DNA of 64,000 bases from positions 558,001 through 622,000 of the forward strand of contig OZ024760.1 in the NCBI GenBank assembly GCA_964016885.1. Direction: 5' to 3'. A program made the translations under genes and the position numbers. This DNA is from Eledone cirrhosa (taxonomy: Eukaryota). Positions 14,488 to 26,100 of the stretch are shown here, piece after piece (position 1 is the first letter of the stretch; every line of letters starts with the position of its first letter). The notes under the pieces were generated by a model that saw nothing but the letters and a program-made list of their open reading frames with translations, made no database searches and had not been told where the DNA came from.

Positions 14488-14531
<44 letters not shown>

Positions 14532-14603
14532 TAGTAGTAGTAGTAAGGTGTTCGATGCTGCGACAATAGCCACCAGCGATGTGTGTCAAATGGCTATTAA
14601 GAT

Positions 14604-14641
<38 letters not shown>

Positions 14642-14707
14642 ACATACACACAGCAGAGTCATTCGAAGGTCAAAAGATATTTTTCAGCTTTTGTCTTATA
14701 CGGAGAA

Positions 14708-14750
<43 letters not shown>

Positions 14751-15421
14751 AGTCTCTTTGTATGTTGATGTACGCGTGTGTATGTGTTTGTGTATATATG
14801 TGTGTGTGTGTGTGTGTGCGTGTGTGGGTGGACCAGTATTTTTTTCCCCCTGGTAAAATGGTGTACATTATTCGATTTTTTCAGTAAAATCGGTTCTCTT
14901 AATAGAACATCAACAATCTTAACAATAAAAGGTGTGAAATGATATTCACTATATATATATATACACACACACACACATATATTTTTTCACTACATATATA
15001 TATATATATATACATATATACATACATATATATGCACATATATTTTTTTGTATTGCACCATAGAGCATGTGTGTTTACGTGTGTCATTGTGTTTATATGT
15101 GGGTAGAGATGTGTGCTGATGTAGGTATGTATGTTGACGTGTGTATGTTGTGGGCTCGTCTTAGGGAGAAGTGTTTAGACGGGGTCCGTATTTGTTAATG
15201 AAGTAAGATTCCTTGCTGATGCGCTGGGTGTGGGTGGCATTATCTTTAAATTTGTAGAGGGGAAAGATTCTGAAGTTGGGATGATTTTGGGCGGCACAGG
15301 TATCAATGTGTTCACTCAGTGGTATTTTCCTGTATTCCCGTATTTTAATTTGGGATCTATGGACAGTCATGCGTTGGCGGAGGCTGTTTTTGGTCTGGCC
15401 TATGTATTGTTCTCGACAACC
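14001..15421 (-). repeat. Inverted copy of the Penelope 3' end (GIY-YIG C-terminus + 3'UTR/pseudo-LTR)
   Basis: ORF 15161..15427(-) matches the last ~85 aa of 16368..18515. Confidence 0.95.
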
Positions 15422-16230
15422 AGACAAATGAGGAAAAAATCCAAACCATCGATGAAGAGATCCTCCTGGAAATCAACAACAAAACTGAAGGCCCCAAGGT
15501 AGAGAAGATCTCCAAATTATGGAAAGGGGACTGCAACAGAGAAGAACTGAAATCCCTTCAACGCTGGGAAAAAAGTGCCGCTTGGTTCCTACACTATGAA
15601 TCGACTTTTCAAACGGATTACACCTCCAATAACCCGTTCATAAAAATAGGAAAACCCATAACTGAACCGCACAACAACTTCTCAAACCCCCAAGCCTCAA
15701 ACAAACGAAGAAGGAAGCACCACACCGAAGATGAACTTCCCAACCTCGCTACCATAAGAAGGAACAAAAACCCAAGAAATCATCTCCCCCAGAATGACAT
15801 TTACAACTTTCCCCCTTCAAGGAGACACCATACCAAATCACTCAACTACTACGCGGATTCCTCATCGTCAAACATAGGGAAAAGATACCACCGCCATGAT
15901 AGATGCAACAACTTCCCCGCCTCAAGGGGACAGCAAGGTAATTACCATTTTCTCAACTCTCACTTCCACAATACACAACAAACCCACACCACACGATACA
16001 ACCAACAACGTAGGCCACTTATAACACCACAATACAACATGGCACATAGAAACACACACCCATACTCGCAGTACAGGAACACCCCATTCAATCTACAACC
16101 ACCAACCCGAACCACATTTTACAACAACAAGGAATATAACAAACACAGGAGACCACTTAACATCAGCAGACAACCCCTCTACCCCAACCATTTTTTAGAC
16201 ACAGCACACAGATACAGGCAAACAAAATAA
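15421..16230 (+). CDS. 5'-truncated upstream ORF (ORF1-like) of the Penelope element
   Basis: Manual translation is stop-free for 269 codons (QTNEEKIQTIDEEILLEINNKTEGPKVEKISKLWKGDCNREELKSLQRWEKSAAWFLHYE...), coiled-coil-like then N/H/R-rich; the ORF track shows only its last 63 aa. Confidence 0.75.
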   Translation, partial: QTNEEKIQTIDEEILLEINNKTEGPKVEKISKLWKGDCNREELKSLQRWEKSAAWFLHYESTFQTDYTSNNPFIKIGKPITEPHNNFSNPQASNKRRRKHHTEDELPNLATIRRNKNPRNHLPQNDIYNFPPSRRHHTKSLNYYADSSSSNIGKRYHRHDRCNNFPASRGQQGNYHFLNSHFHNTQQTHTTRYNQQRRPLITPQYNMAHRNTHPYSQYRNTPFNLQPPTRTTFYNNKEYNKHRRPLNISRQPLYPNHFLDTAHRYRQTK

Positions 16231-18515
16231 CACAAGACAGGGAGGAGAAACCGATAGTAATAAAAATTATCAATCTTACTAGTGCAGAACCAACACCCAA
16301 CCTTATCAACTTACTCTCCAAAGGTCTTAAATTCACACCGACCCCACTACGTCCTAACTACTATGAAATGAAGGAAGACATCACAGACTTCCGTAGAAAG
16401 TTACGACTTAGTGAACAACTATTCGACCAGTACAATGAGGATGAATCATTAGCCAGAAATAGAAGCAATTACACCCCTTCAAAAGGTAGAAATAAAATCC
16501 TGGACGAATTCTGTGAACACATCACAAACTTCCCTTACCAACACTTGCACAGACAAAAACACAAGCCAAACCTCAACAAGAAAGAATGGGAAGAATTAAA
16601 TAGATTAAAAACCGACAGAACCATTACAATTAAAGAGGCTGATAAAGGGAGTACAGTAGTCCTAATGGAGACAGAATTCTATATCAACTTAGCGCTCTCC
16701 ACTTTGGAAAACGAAACATACTACGAAAAGGCTGAACACTACAATCAACAGAAAATTATGAGAAACCTAAAAACTCTAATCAACCAATACAAAGAAGGAC
16801 TCACTAACAAGGAATTCAGCTTCATCACAGACTTCTCAAGTAAATCCAGCCTTTTCTACGGTATCCCTAAAGTACATAAAAGCGAATCAATCAGTAAGGC
16901 ATGCAAGGAAGCCACAGACATAATCATCAATGTCCCCTCACCCAATGATCTCAAATTAAGACCTATAATAGCAGGCCCCGCTTGCGAAACGCACCGTCTT
17001 AGCAACTTCATTGATACCCTTCTCAAACCCTTCCTCAAGCACATCAAAAGCTATATAAGGGACGACCTAGATATGCTCAATCACCTCCCTAATATGCCAC
17101 TTTCTGAACAAACCCTACTAGTGACGTTCGATGTAGTCAACCTATACTCCAACATCCCCCACAACCTAGGAATAGAAGCTATCCAGTTCTGGCTGGATAA
17201 CTTCCACAATGAACTCCCACAACGCATCAAAAAAGAATTCGTGATAGAGGGACTCAAATTTATCTTGGAGAACAATTACTTCGTTTTCAATAACAAACCC
17301 TACAGGCAGAAATCTGGGACCGCTATGGGAACGAAAACAGCCCCTACTTATGCCAACCTAGTCATGGGATACCTGGAAATCACCCTCTACACTAAAGTCC
17401 TAAACAAATTTGGAAACACCCTCCACTTACACATTGAAAGGAACTGGAAGCGATATCTAGATGACTGCTTCATCCTTTGGCACGAAAACATCGAAAAACT
17501 TAAAGAATTTCACACCCTTATAAATGGGCTCAACACAAATATTAACTTCACGATGGAATACAGCCATCAACAACTCCCCTTCCTCGACATCCTCATTAAG
17601 ATCCATAACAAAAAAATAGAAACAGACATATACTACAAGCCCACAGACTCCAAGCAATACCTCCCCTTCAACTCTTGCCACCCTAGACACGTTAAAATTA
17701 ATATTCCCTACAACTTAGCCAAGAGAATCTGTACTATAGTCTCCAATAAAAACATCTGCTACTTACGGCTACAAGAACTAAAGGACACACTCATAGGCAG
17801 GGACTACCCTGCATCACTAATTGACAATGGAATCCAACGTGCCCTAAAACTCAGTACCCAGGACCTTAGACACCCTAAAGTAAATCAACCAAAACTAAAA
17901 GCTCTTCCATACATCTCCACACACAACCCCCTCAACAATGAGGCCTTTGACACCATCCTCCAGAACATCCCTGTATTGAAAAAGGACCATAGAATGAACC
18001 AAATTCTACGAACACACGATATCATAAAGAGCAAAAGACAATCCAAGTCAATGAAAAACATCTTAACACATGCCAAAGTACTGCCAACCACAACAACGAA
18101 ACCCACAGTAAAAAAATGCGATAGACCCAACTGTGGCATTTGCATCAACCTAATAGAGGGTTCGGAATTCTATTTCAAAGATGGACAACGTTTTATAGTA
18201 AAACACAATTTCACATGTGCATCGGAAAATTTAATATATGTATTAACTTGTTCAGGTTGTCGAGAACAATACATAGGCCAGACCAAAAACAGCCTCCGCC
18301 AACGCATGACTGTCCATAGATCCCAAATTAAAATACGGGAATACAGGAAAATACCACTGAGTGAACACATTGATACCTGTGCCGCCCAAAATCATCCCAA
18401 CTTCAGAATCTTTCCCCTCTACAAATTTAAAGATAATGCCACCCACACCCAGCGCATCAGCAAGGAATCTTACTTCATTAACAAATACGGACCCCGTCTA
18501 AACACTTCTCCCTAA
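16161..18515 (+). CDS. Penelope reverse transcriptase-GIY-YIG endonuclease (frame open from 16161; first ATG at 16368)
   Basis: IINLTS..LLSKGLKFTPTP (upstream of the ATG), ADKG, FYGIPKVHK, LRPII, FDVVNLY, GTAMG, RYLDD, PFLD, KPTD..YL..SCHP, CxxxxCxxC, LIYVLTC..C..YIGQT. Confidence 0.93.
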   Translation, partial: HQQTTPLPQPFFRHSTQIQANKITQDREEKPIVIKIINLTSAEPTPNLINLLSKGLKFTPTPLRPNYYEMKEDITDFRRKLRLSEQLFDQYNEDESLARNRSNYTPSKGRNKILDEFCEHITNFPYQHLHRQKHKPNLNKKEWEELNRLKTDRTITIKEADKGSTVVLMETEFYINLALSTLENETYYEKAEHYNQQKIMRNLKTLINQYKEGLTNKEFSFITDFSSKSSLFYGIPKVHKSESISKACKEATDIIINVPSPNDLKLRPIIAGPACETHRLSNFIDTLLKPFLKHIKSYIRDDLDMLNHLPNMPLSEQTLLVTFDVVNLYSNIPHNLGIEAIQFWLDNFHNELPQRIKKEFVIEGLKFILENNYFVFNNKPYRQKSGTAMGTKTAPTYANLVMGYLEITLYTKVLNKFGNTLHLHIERNWKRYLDDCFILWHENIEKLKEFHTLINGLNTNINFTMEYSHQQLPFLDILIKIHNKKIETDIYYKPTDSKQYLPFNSCHPRHVKINIPYNLAKRICTIVSNKNICYLRLQELKDTLIGRDYPASLIDNGIQRALKLSTQDLRHPKVNQPKLKALPYISTHNPLNNEAFDTILQNIPVLKKDHRMNQILRTHDIIKSKRQSKSMKNILTHAKVLPTTTTKPTVKKCDRPNCGICINLIEGSEFYFKDGQRFIVKHNFTCASENLIYVLTCSGCREQYIGQTKNSLRQRMTVHRSQIKIREYRKIPLSEHIDTCAAQNHPNFRIFPLYKFKDNATHTQRISKESYFINKYGPRLNTSP
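16191..16197 (+). promoter_or_regulatory. Putative -1 ribosomal frameshift slippery heptamer T_TTT_TTA
   Basis: In frame with ORF1 (CAT TTT TTA); a -1 shift enters the RT frame; lies in the 70-nt overlap of the two frames. Confidence 0.7.
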
Positions 18516-18925
18516 GACGAACCCACAACATACACACGTCAACATACATACCTACATCAGCACACATCTCTACCCACATATAAACACAATGACACACGTA
18601 AACACACATGCTCTATGGTGCAATACAAAAAAATATATGTGCATATATATGTATGTATATATGTATATATATATATATATATGTAGTGAAAAAATATATG
18701 TGTGTGTGTGTGTATATATATATATAGTGAATATCATTTCACACCTTTTATTGTTAAGATTGTTGATGTTCTATTAAGAGAACCGATTTTACTGAAAAAA
18801 TCGAATAATGTACACCATTTTACCAGGGGGAAAAAAATACTGGTCCACCCACACACGCACACACACACACACACACATATATACACAAACACATACACAC
18901 GCGTACATCAACATACAAAGAGACT

Positions 18926-18980
<55 letters not shown>

Positions 18981-19147
18981 TTCTCCGTATAAGACAAAAG
19001 CTGAAAAATATCTTTTGACCTTCGAATAACTCTGCTGTGTGTATGTACGCACACACACACACACACACACACACACTTATCTTAATAGCCATTTGACACA
19101 CATCGCTGGTGGCTATTGTCGCAGCATCGAACACCTTACTACTACTA

Positions 19148-19205
<58 letters not shown>

Positions 19206-19682
19206 TTGTTGTGAAAGAGTCATTTCTCAATCTTGGCGCAAAACCAATTTTTTATCCACATGACCTCTACCGACCAATCAAAATTGTTTTGACCAATAAT
19301 TTTTGCTGGAGCCACTTTTCTAACATTTTAACATAAAAACAGTCTTGGCGCAAAATCAACTTTTTACATTCACATGACCTCTACCGACCAATCAAAATTG
19401 TTTTGACCACAAGCATTTTTGCAACACAAAAATAACGCTGGAGCCATTTTTTTAACATAAAAACAGGTAGAATTCCCAAAACTAATCAGATCAGAGCAAA
19501 CAGCACGGACACTCTATCTCAAAATTATTTTTGAAAAGCATTTAGAAATGCGCAACCGGTAAAAACTTAAAAACTTAAAACCACAACTGAATACTAACCC
19601 ATACAATCACTAATACTCTTTTATTCCTAATTAAACCATTTTTCAACTGTGAACAATTTGTCAGCATTTTCTATTCCGTTTA

Positions 19683-19748
<66 letters not shown>

Positions 19749-19939
19749 GTGTGCATATATATATATATATATATGTATATATATGGTGTTGATGTTAGAA
19801 ATCATGGTAGTGGATGTGATATCTGTGGTATAGTTATTACTGCGGATGGTGATAACAATATTGGTATTATTTCTGTTGTTATTATTGGTTCTGGCTGATG
19901 TAATCGATGCTATTGTTGTTGTTCTTGTTATTGTTGTCG

Positions 19940-19980
<41 letters not shown>

Positions 19981-20099
19981 CTCTTTACTGGTTGTTAAAC
20001 AAATACACGAATGGTAGTGTTAACGTAGTTTAGTTTGTTTAAAAAGAATACAAACTGCTAGTAATACCATCCACACCACACCACAAGAAACCACGCTAG

Positions 20100-20780
20100 T
20101 CCACCACACACCACCTGTTACCACCATAACCCTCACCACGCCACCACAAAACTCATCAAACCACCATAAACCTCACCCCGCCGACACAAATCCCACCACA
20201 CCACCACAAACCTCTGCTTACCCCTACAAACCTCACCACACCACCATAAACCTCACTATGCCACCAAAAACCTCACCACAACACCACACACCTCTATACA
20301 CCACCATAAACCTCATCACACCACCACAAACCTCACCACGCCATCACAAACCTCACCACGCCAACACAAACCCCACCACATCACCACAAACCTCACCACA
20401 CCACCACACCACCACAAACCTCACCACACCACCATAAACCCCACCACACCACCACAAACCCCACCACATCACCACAAACCTCACCACACCACCACACCAC
20501 CACAAACCCCACCATACTACCACAAACCCCACCACACCACCACAAACCTCACCACCTCACCATAAACCTCACCACACCACCACACCACCACAAACCCCAC
20601 CACAGCACCACATCACCACAAACCTCATCACACCACCACAAAACTTCCTTACCCTCCACACAACCCCATACCTCTCACCACCGCGAAATTCCACAAACCT
20701 CCACACACCTCCATACACTTCTAAAATAAAACAACACCACACCACACCTCCACATACCATTACACACCACACCACCAAAC
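20100..20780. repeat. ~18-bp CACCACACCACCACAAACCT-type minisatellite
   Basis: Degenerate tandem array. Confidence 0.8.
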
Positions 20781-21116
20781 TCTACACAATTGAACGATAG
20801 AAGAATTTATTTCACGTTGTTCTCTCGTTTACAATAAACATTTACCACACCACATACAGTTTACTTAAACTTTTTATTCGTGTTATAGTTATTATCTTTA
20901 TTGTTGTTGTTGTTGTTATCACCAGTATTATTATTATCAGTGTTATTGTTGTTGTTGGTGAGGGTGTCATGGAACATTTTGTTGCTTTTATAGTTCATTA
21001 TAATCATTGTTATCATAATAATAATTGTTTCTATTTTTGGCACACCGCCAGTAATTTCCCCAGTGTATTACTGGTAATTTATTTAATCGACCCCGCAAGG
21101 ATGAAAGGATGAAAGT

Positions 21117-21545
21117 TAATAATAATTTCTTTATTAGTCACACAGGGCTCACATTAAGGAAACATTAAAGACGGTGCAGGAAGATACAGTGTAGGTTTCT
21201 TTTGTGTAAATACATTTTTAATAGAGACTAAGAAAAATAACTGAAACATAACACATTCCCAAAAGGTGAGAAGACTCCAAGAGGGATTTGTGGAGAAATC
21301 CCACAAAAGCCACGGCCACCCTGTCCGCTAGGGCAAAGTGCCCTCTCCCTGTGTTTCTACTCCAATCTACAGGTGTATGCTCAAGGCAGGCCCATTCACA
21401 AGGACCATGCTTGCCACTCTTACCCACCTTTCAACAAACTGATTGGAAGCAGTTTCTCATTCATCCTGATTTTCCACTTCAACTGAAACTTGAAAAAGTT
21501 AATCAGGGCTTCGCCGAAGAGGAAAATGGCTGACTTCAACCCTTT
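21117..21545 (-). mobile_element. 3' fragment of a diverged Tx1-clade LINE
   Basis: Minus translation IFLFGEALINFFKFQLKWKIR matches the ORF2 C-terminus TFLFGQSLINFFKFHLERKVR of the full element; AATAAA and (ATT)n tail. Confidence 0.7.
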
Positions 21546-21549
21546 CAAG

Positions 21550-22185
21550 GAGGTCATTGCTCTTACCCTTCACTAGCTCGGCCTCCGGATCTGCCAGCCA
21601 CACCAATGTCGTTGCGGATCCACCGTGGACTCTTTCGGCCTAGACCCGCTTTCCTGTCGCCACAGTGCCGGCCGCCTTCCACGCCATGCTGCCCTCAACG
21701 AGATCATAAAGCATGGCTTGGACGCTGCAGGCTTCCCTTCCCAGCTCGAGCCGGTGGGGCTGGACCGAGGGGACGGCAAAAGGCCAGATGGCATGACCAT
21801 CTTCCCGTTCCGCGGTGGCAAACCCCTCGTCTGGGATGCCACTTGCACCGACATTTTGCCCACCCGCAACCTGGTGTAGTCTGCGACTAACCCAGGTTCC
21901 GCTGCACGTCGGGCTGAGGAGGCCAAATTCCTCAAATACCGGTCGCTCTCCCACAGGTTTGCGGTTGTACCCTTGGCACTGAAGACTTCTGGCGTCCTCG
22001 GCCCTAGGGCTACCTCCTTACTCACCACCATAGGCGCTAATCTGGCCAGCGTCAGGTGTGAGCCCCGCGAGTTGGAGTGGCTTTTCCAGCGCGTCTCCCT
22101 TGCCGTCCTCCGGGGAAACGCCTTCTCCATTCTGTCCGCCAGGGCTGTGGGAGAGACAAGCCGATTATATTCCGAATTCTGTTGA
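21550..22185 (+). pseudogene. CRE-clade non-LTR retrotransposon C-terminal REL endonuclease fragment
   Basis: CRCG..SC, RHAALN, EPVGLDRGDGKRPDG, VWDATC, AEEAKFLKY, LFQRVSLAVLRGNA; in-frame stops. Confidence 0.8.
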
Positions 22186-22377
22186 ATAGTCTTAAATGCA
22201 TTTAGATAACACTTTAGAGAAGGCTATAGGTCGAGTTTCCACTGATCGTTTCTACTGCCCGATTGGTTGAGGTGCTTTGAGCGCTTCATTGAAGACATTC
22301 CAATCTCCAGACCCACCCTCTCGGTCTTCACGTGACCTAAGACTGTGCTCCGTTAAGGAAACGAATAATAACAACAA

Positions 22378-22547
22378 TAATTGTTTCTACTTTTGGCACA
22401 AGGCCAGCAATTACCCAGTACATTACTGGTACTTTATTTTATCGACCCCGTAAGGATGAAAGGCAAAGTTAACCTTAGCGGGATTTGAACTCAGATCGTA
22501 AAGGGACGTAACTATGCTGGAAAGCATGGCGTCTGACCCTCTACCAA
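22378..22547 (-). mobile_element. tRNA-derived Meta-like SINE (a partial copy follows to ~22655)
   Basis: Same family as 53319-53503. Confidence 0.8.
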
Positions 22548-22661
22548 TAATAATAAAAATGATTTCTAGTATAGGCACGAGGGCAGTAATTAAATCGACC
22601 CAGTACATTACTGGTGCTTTATTTTATCGAACCCGTAATAATGAAAAGCAAAGTATAAAAT

Positions 22662-22703
<42 letters not shown>

Positions 22704-23127
22704 ATGAATATTTTTTCAATTGTGAATGTATGTGGATATATATATCTGTGTGTGTGTGCGAGTACGTATGCCTAAGTATGTATATATATATATATATATA
22801 GGTGTGTGTGTGTGTGTGTATACATATACGCATATATATATATATAAATATATCTCGTAATAATAATAATAATGATTTCATTTATTGGCCACAAGGGCCG
22901 ACATATAGGGGACAACACAATAGACAGGGACAGTGGGGGTTTACATAGAGATCGAGTAAGTATAAATAACAAAAAAAACAAAATAACAATAAAAATACAA
23001 CAATGAAAGTTCCCCAATAAGAGGGATCACCACCCAGGGTTGACTCAAGCACCCCACCAGTCCTGAGCCACCCGACGCTCCTAGGGCACCCGGGAAGGGC
23101 ACCCCTCTCCTTCTCGAATTCACCAGC

Positions 23128-26100
23128 CTACAGGCGCATGATCAGAGTAGGCCCACTCACGCGGGCCATTCTCGCCACATTCACCCACCTTTCAGTAAAT
23201 GTACTGGGGGGCAGCACTTCTCTCTCCACCCTCACCTTCCTTTCCAAGTGAAACTTGAAGAAGTTGATGAGGGATTGGCCGAAGAGAAAAGTGTCTGTCT
23301 TCAGTCCTTTCAACCTGGTCCACCATGCAACCTCTTTCGCTACTGCCACCAGGCAGAGGAAAATTGCCTGCCCTTCCTGACCAAAAGAAGGCGGCGGGTC
23401 AATCTTCACTATGGACTCGGACGATAGCCGGATCCGTTCTACACGCGACAATAGCTGTTCGACATAACCCCACAAGTCAGCAATGCACGGACACTGGACG
23501 AGTGCGTGCAGAACGGTTTCGTCGCTCTGCGCGCATCTCGGGCAGGTTCGTCTGACAGCACTTCCGTGCCTGTAGAGTTTATCCCGAACCGGCAGCGCCC
23601 CCCGGTAGCACTGCCAAGCGAGGGATTTCTGGAAGTTATCCATCGTCCCCGGCTCGAAAGTCCTCCGGAACATACTGGTCAGTTCTACTTCGTTGACGCC
23701 CAGAGCCTCTCCTAGTACGTCATCGCACTTGCCCTCCACTAATCCTCTATAGAAATCTTGAGTGGAAGTTCCACTGACCGCATTGCCCACCTTGCAGAGT
23801 GCAGTGAGCGCCTGGCAACATTCCAGATGCCAGTCGCCCAGTCTCGGTCTCTTCTTGACCCAGGACTGCAGCTCAGTCAAAGAGATGAGCTGCGGAAAGG
23901 CCCGTCTAACAAACGGCGACCACACCTGTTCACCGTTTAGGCAAAATATCTGGAGATGTCGCAGCCTCAGCGCATGTCTGCGCATCATTAGCCACGGCAT
24001 GCCCAGCCCTCCACGAAGAGGGTGCTGGCAGCAGATGGACCGCCTCACCAACGGGACCCGTCCCCTCCACAAAAATTTGAAAAGGAGTCGTTCCAAATTG
24101 GCGAGGCGTGGACGGGGGCAAGGCACGACGGTCAGGCGGTAGTAGATGACGGACGCGATGTACGCGTTCGCCACCTCCGCCCGCCCTTTCAGTGATAGCT
24201 TTCTCTCAGCCCATTTCTGGGTGAGGTTGGCTATCCTGCTCGTCACCTCGTCCCAATTCTTATCCACCTGGAGGTCTGGTCCGAACCAAACCCCGAGCAA
24301 CTTTACCGGTCCGTCTGTCCAGCGCCCAACGACGCTGTTGGACGGCATGGACTTGCCTCTCCAGGTGCCGAGCTGCAAGCCCACCGACTTTTCCGGGTTA
24401 AGTTTTGCTCCCGTCAACCTTTCATATTCCTCCAAATGGGTGCGGATCACCTCGATTTCCGAGGTGTCCGACACCATCACGGTGATGTCGTCCGCATAAG
24501 CGGACGCAGCCTTTCTGCGTCCCGGTTCGAGCGGGATGCCCTGCAACAACTCCAGCTTCCGCAGTAGAGGCTCAAGAGTCAATACGTACAGAAGTGAGGA
24601 GAGAGGGCACCCTTGACGGACCGATCGAGAGATCTGAAACGGTTCCGAGAGGTGGCCATTAACTTTGACCACCGAGCAGATGCCGCTGTACATTGCAGCG
24701 ATCCAGCTTCTGAAGACGGGGCCGAAGCCAGCCGCCTCGAGGACAGCCTCCAAGTACCGATGGTCGACCCTATCGAATGCTTTCGATTGATCTAAATTGA
24801 TCAGAGCCCCACCGAAGCCAGGTTTGCACCCAACCCTCTCTATGATGTATCGCATGAGGTGGAGGTTGTCGTGTATGGACCTGGTCGGGATTGCGCAAGT
24901 TTGCGCCTCCCCAACCAAATCTTTGACGACAAGCGCCAACCTTTTCGCTAACACCTTGGCCAAAATCTTAAACTCTGTGTTGAGCAGGGTTATGGGCCTG
25001 AAATTATCTAGTGTGTCCCTCTTGTTCTCGTCTTTCCTTATCAGCGTCACTACGCCACGGCTCACAGAACTGGGAATGCTCCCGTTCTGCTGCCAGTTGC
25101 AGTAGAGCGCTTCGAGGAGATCGGAGAACAAGTCTGGCATATTTACGTAAAGCTCGTAGGGCAGACCATCCAAACCGGGTGACTTGCGACTCGAGCAGCC
25201 GACAAGGGCGTCCTGAATTTCGACTGATGTTATCGGCTCTTCGCAGCGCTCAGCGTCGGCCGTCGAGAGGCGTGGCAAGCCGTCGAGGTAGAGACTGAAG
25301 TCCGCCGCCGTCTCCGACTCACCCATCCTCCCGAACAATCGAGCAAAGTGCTGGCGAAAGGCCTCACACATCTGCTTGGAATCGCTCAGTTCGTGTCCAT
25401 CTCGATCCGTCAAAGACCGAATTGTGGTTTTATTTCCACGCTGCGTCTCTGCAAAGCGAGCCCATCGGGCAGCTTTGGTTCCCTCGTTCCTCAGAGCACG
25501 CGCCTTAGCTCTGACAATGCAACCTTCGTGTTTCGCATTGAAGAAATGGTCTAGTGCCATTCTCGCCGCTAGCACGTCTGTTGCAATGCCACTACAAATA
25601 GCCTCGTCTAACTTAGCTATCAGCCCCTCCTCCTTTCTATTTTTCTCTATTGCTACTTCTTTGCTAAATCCTATCGAGGTTGCTCTAATCTCTCTTTTGA
25701 GTGCCCCCCACCACCTGTTGTTGACAACCCCCCCTGTCAACTTTTGCTTAACTAAGTTGTTGACCCGGTCCCTGTAAGCTTTACGTGCCGGAAACGACAT
25801 GTTTAGCTTCCAGTAGCTAGGTCCTAGCCTACGTGTCTTATCTAGGTCGACCATACAGATCACAAGCTTGTGATCTGAATAGGCAACCGTTTTAAAATGT
25901 GGACATCCTACACTATTTCTATCTCTTTTCCTAATGAAAATCCTATCTATGTACGATCTAGATGACCCTATGCGATTGGTCCAGGTCCATACTGGCGCAT
26001 TAGGGAAATCTAGTCGGTACCTGTCAGACAGTTGAAACTGGCTGATCAGGTACTTGAGGCTTTTGCACCCCCCGCTCCTATCAGATACTCCCACACAATC

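Larger units (their letters stand above)
14001..19690 (+). mobile_element. Penelope-like retroelement (Neptune/Naiad-type) with inverted 5' arm
   Basis: RT + GIY-YIG ORF; 14001-15421 is the reverse complement of 18255-19690; 3' end runs into (TA)n. Confidence 0.93.

Noticed and set aside
16161-19690. Selenoprotein (Sec/SECIS) version of a Naiad-type PLE
   Set aside because: No in-frame TGA; the SCHP and zinc-finger positions are ordinary Cys codons
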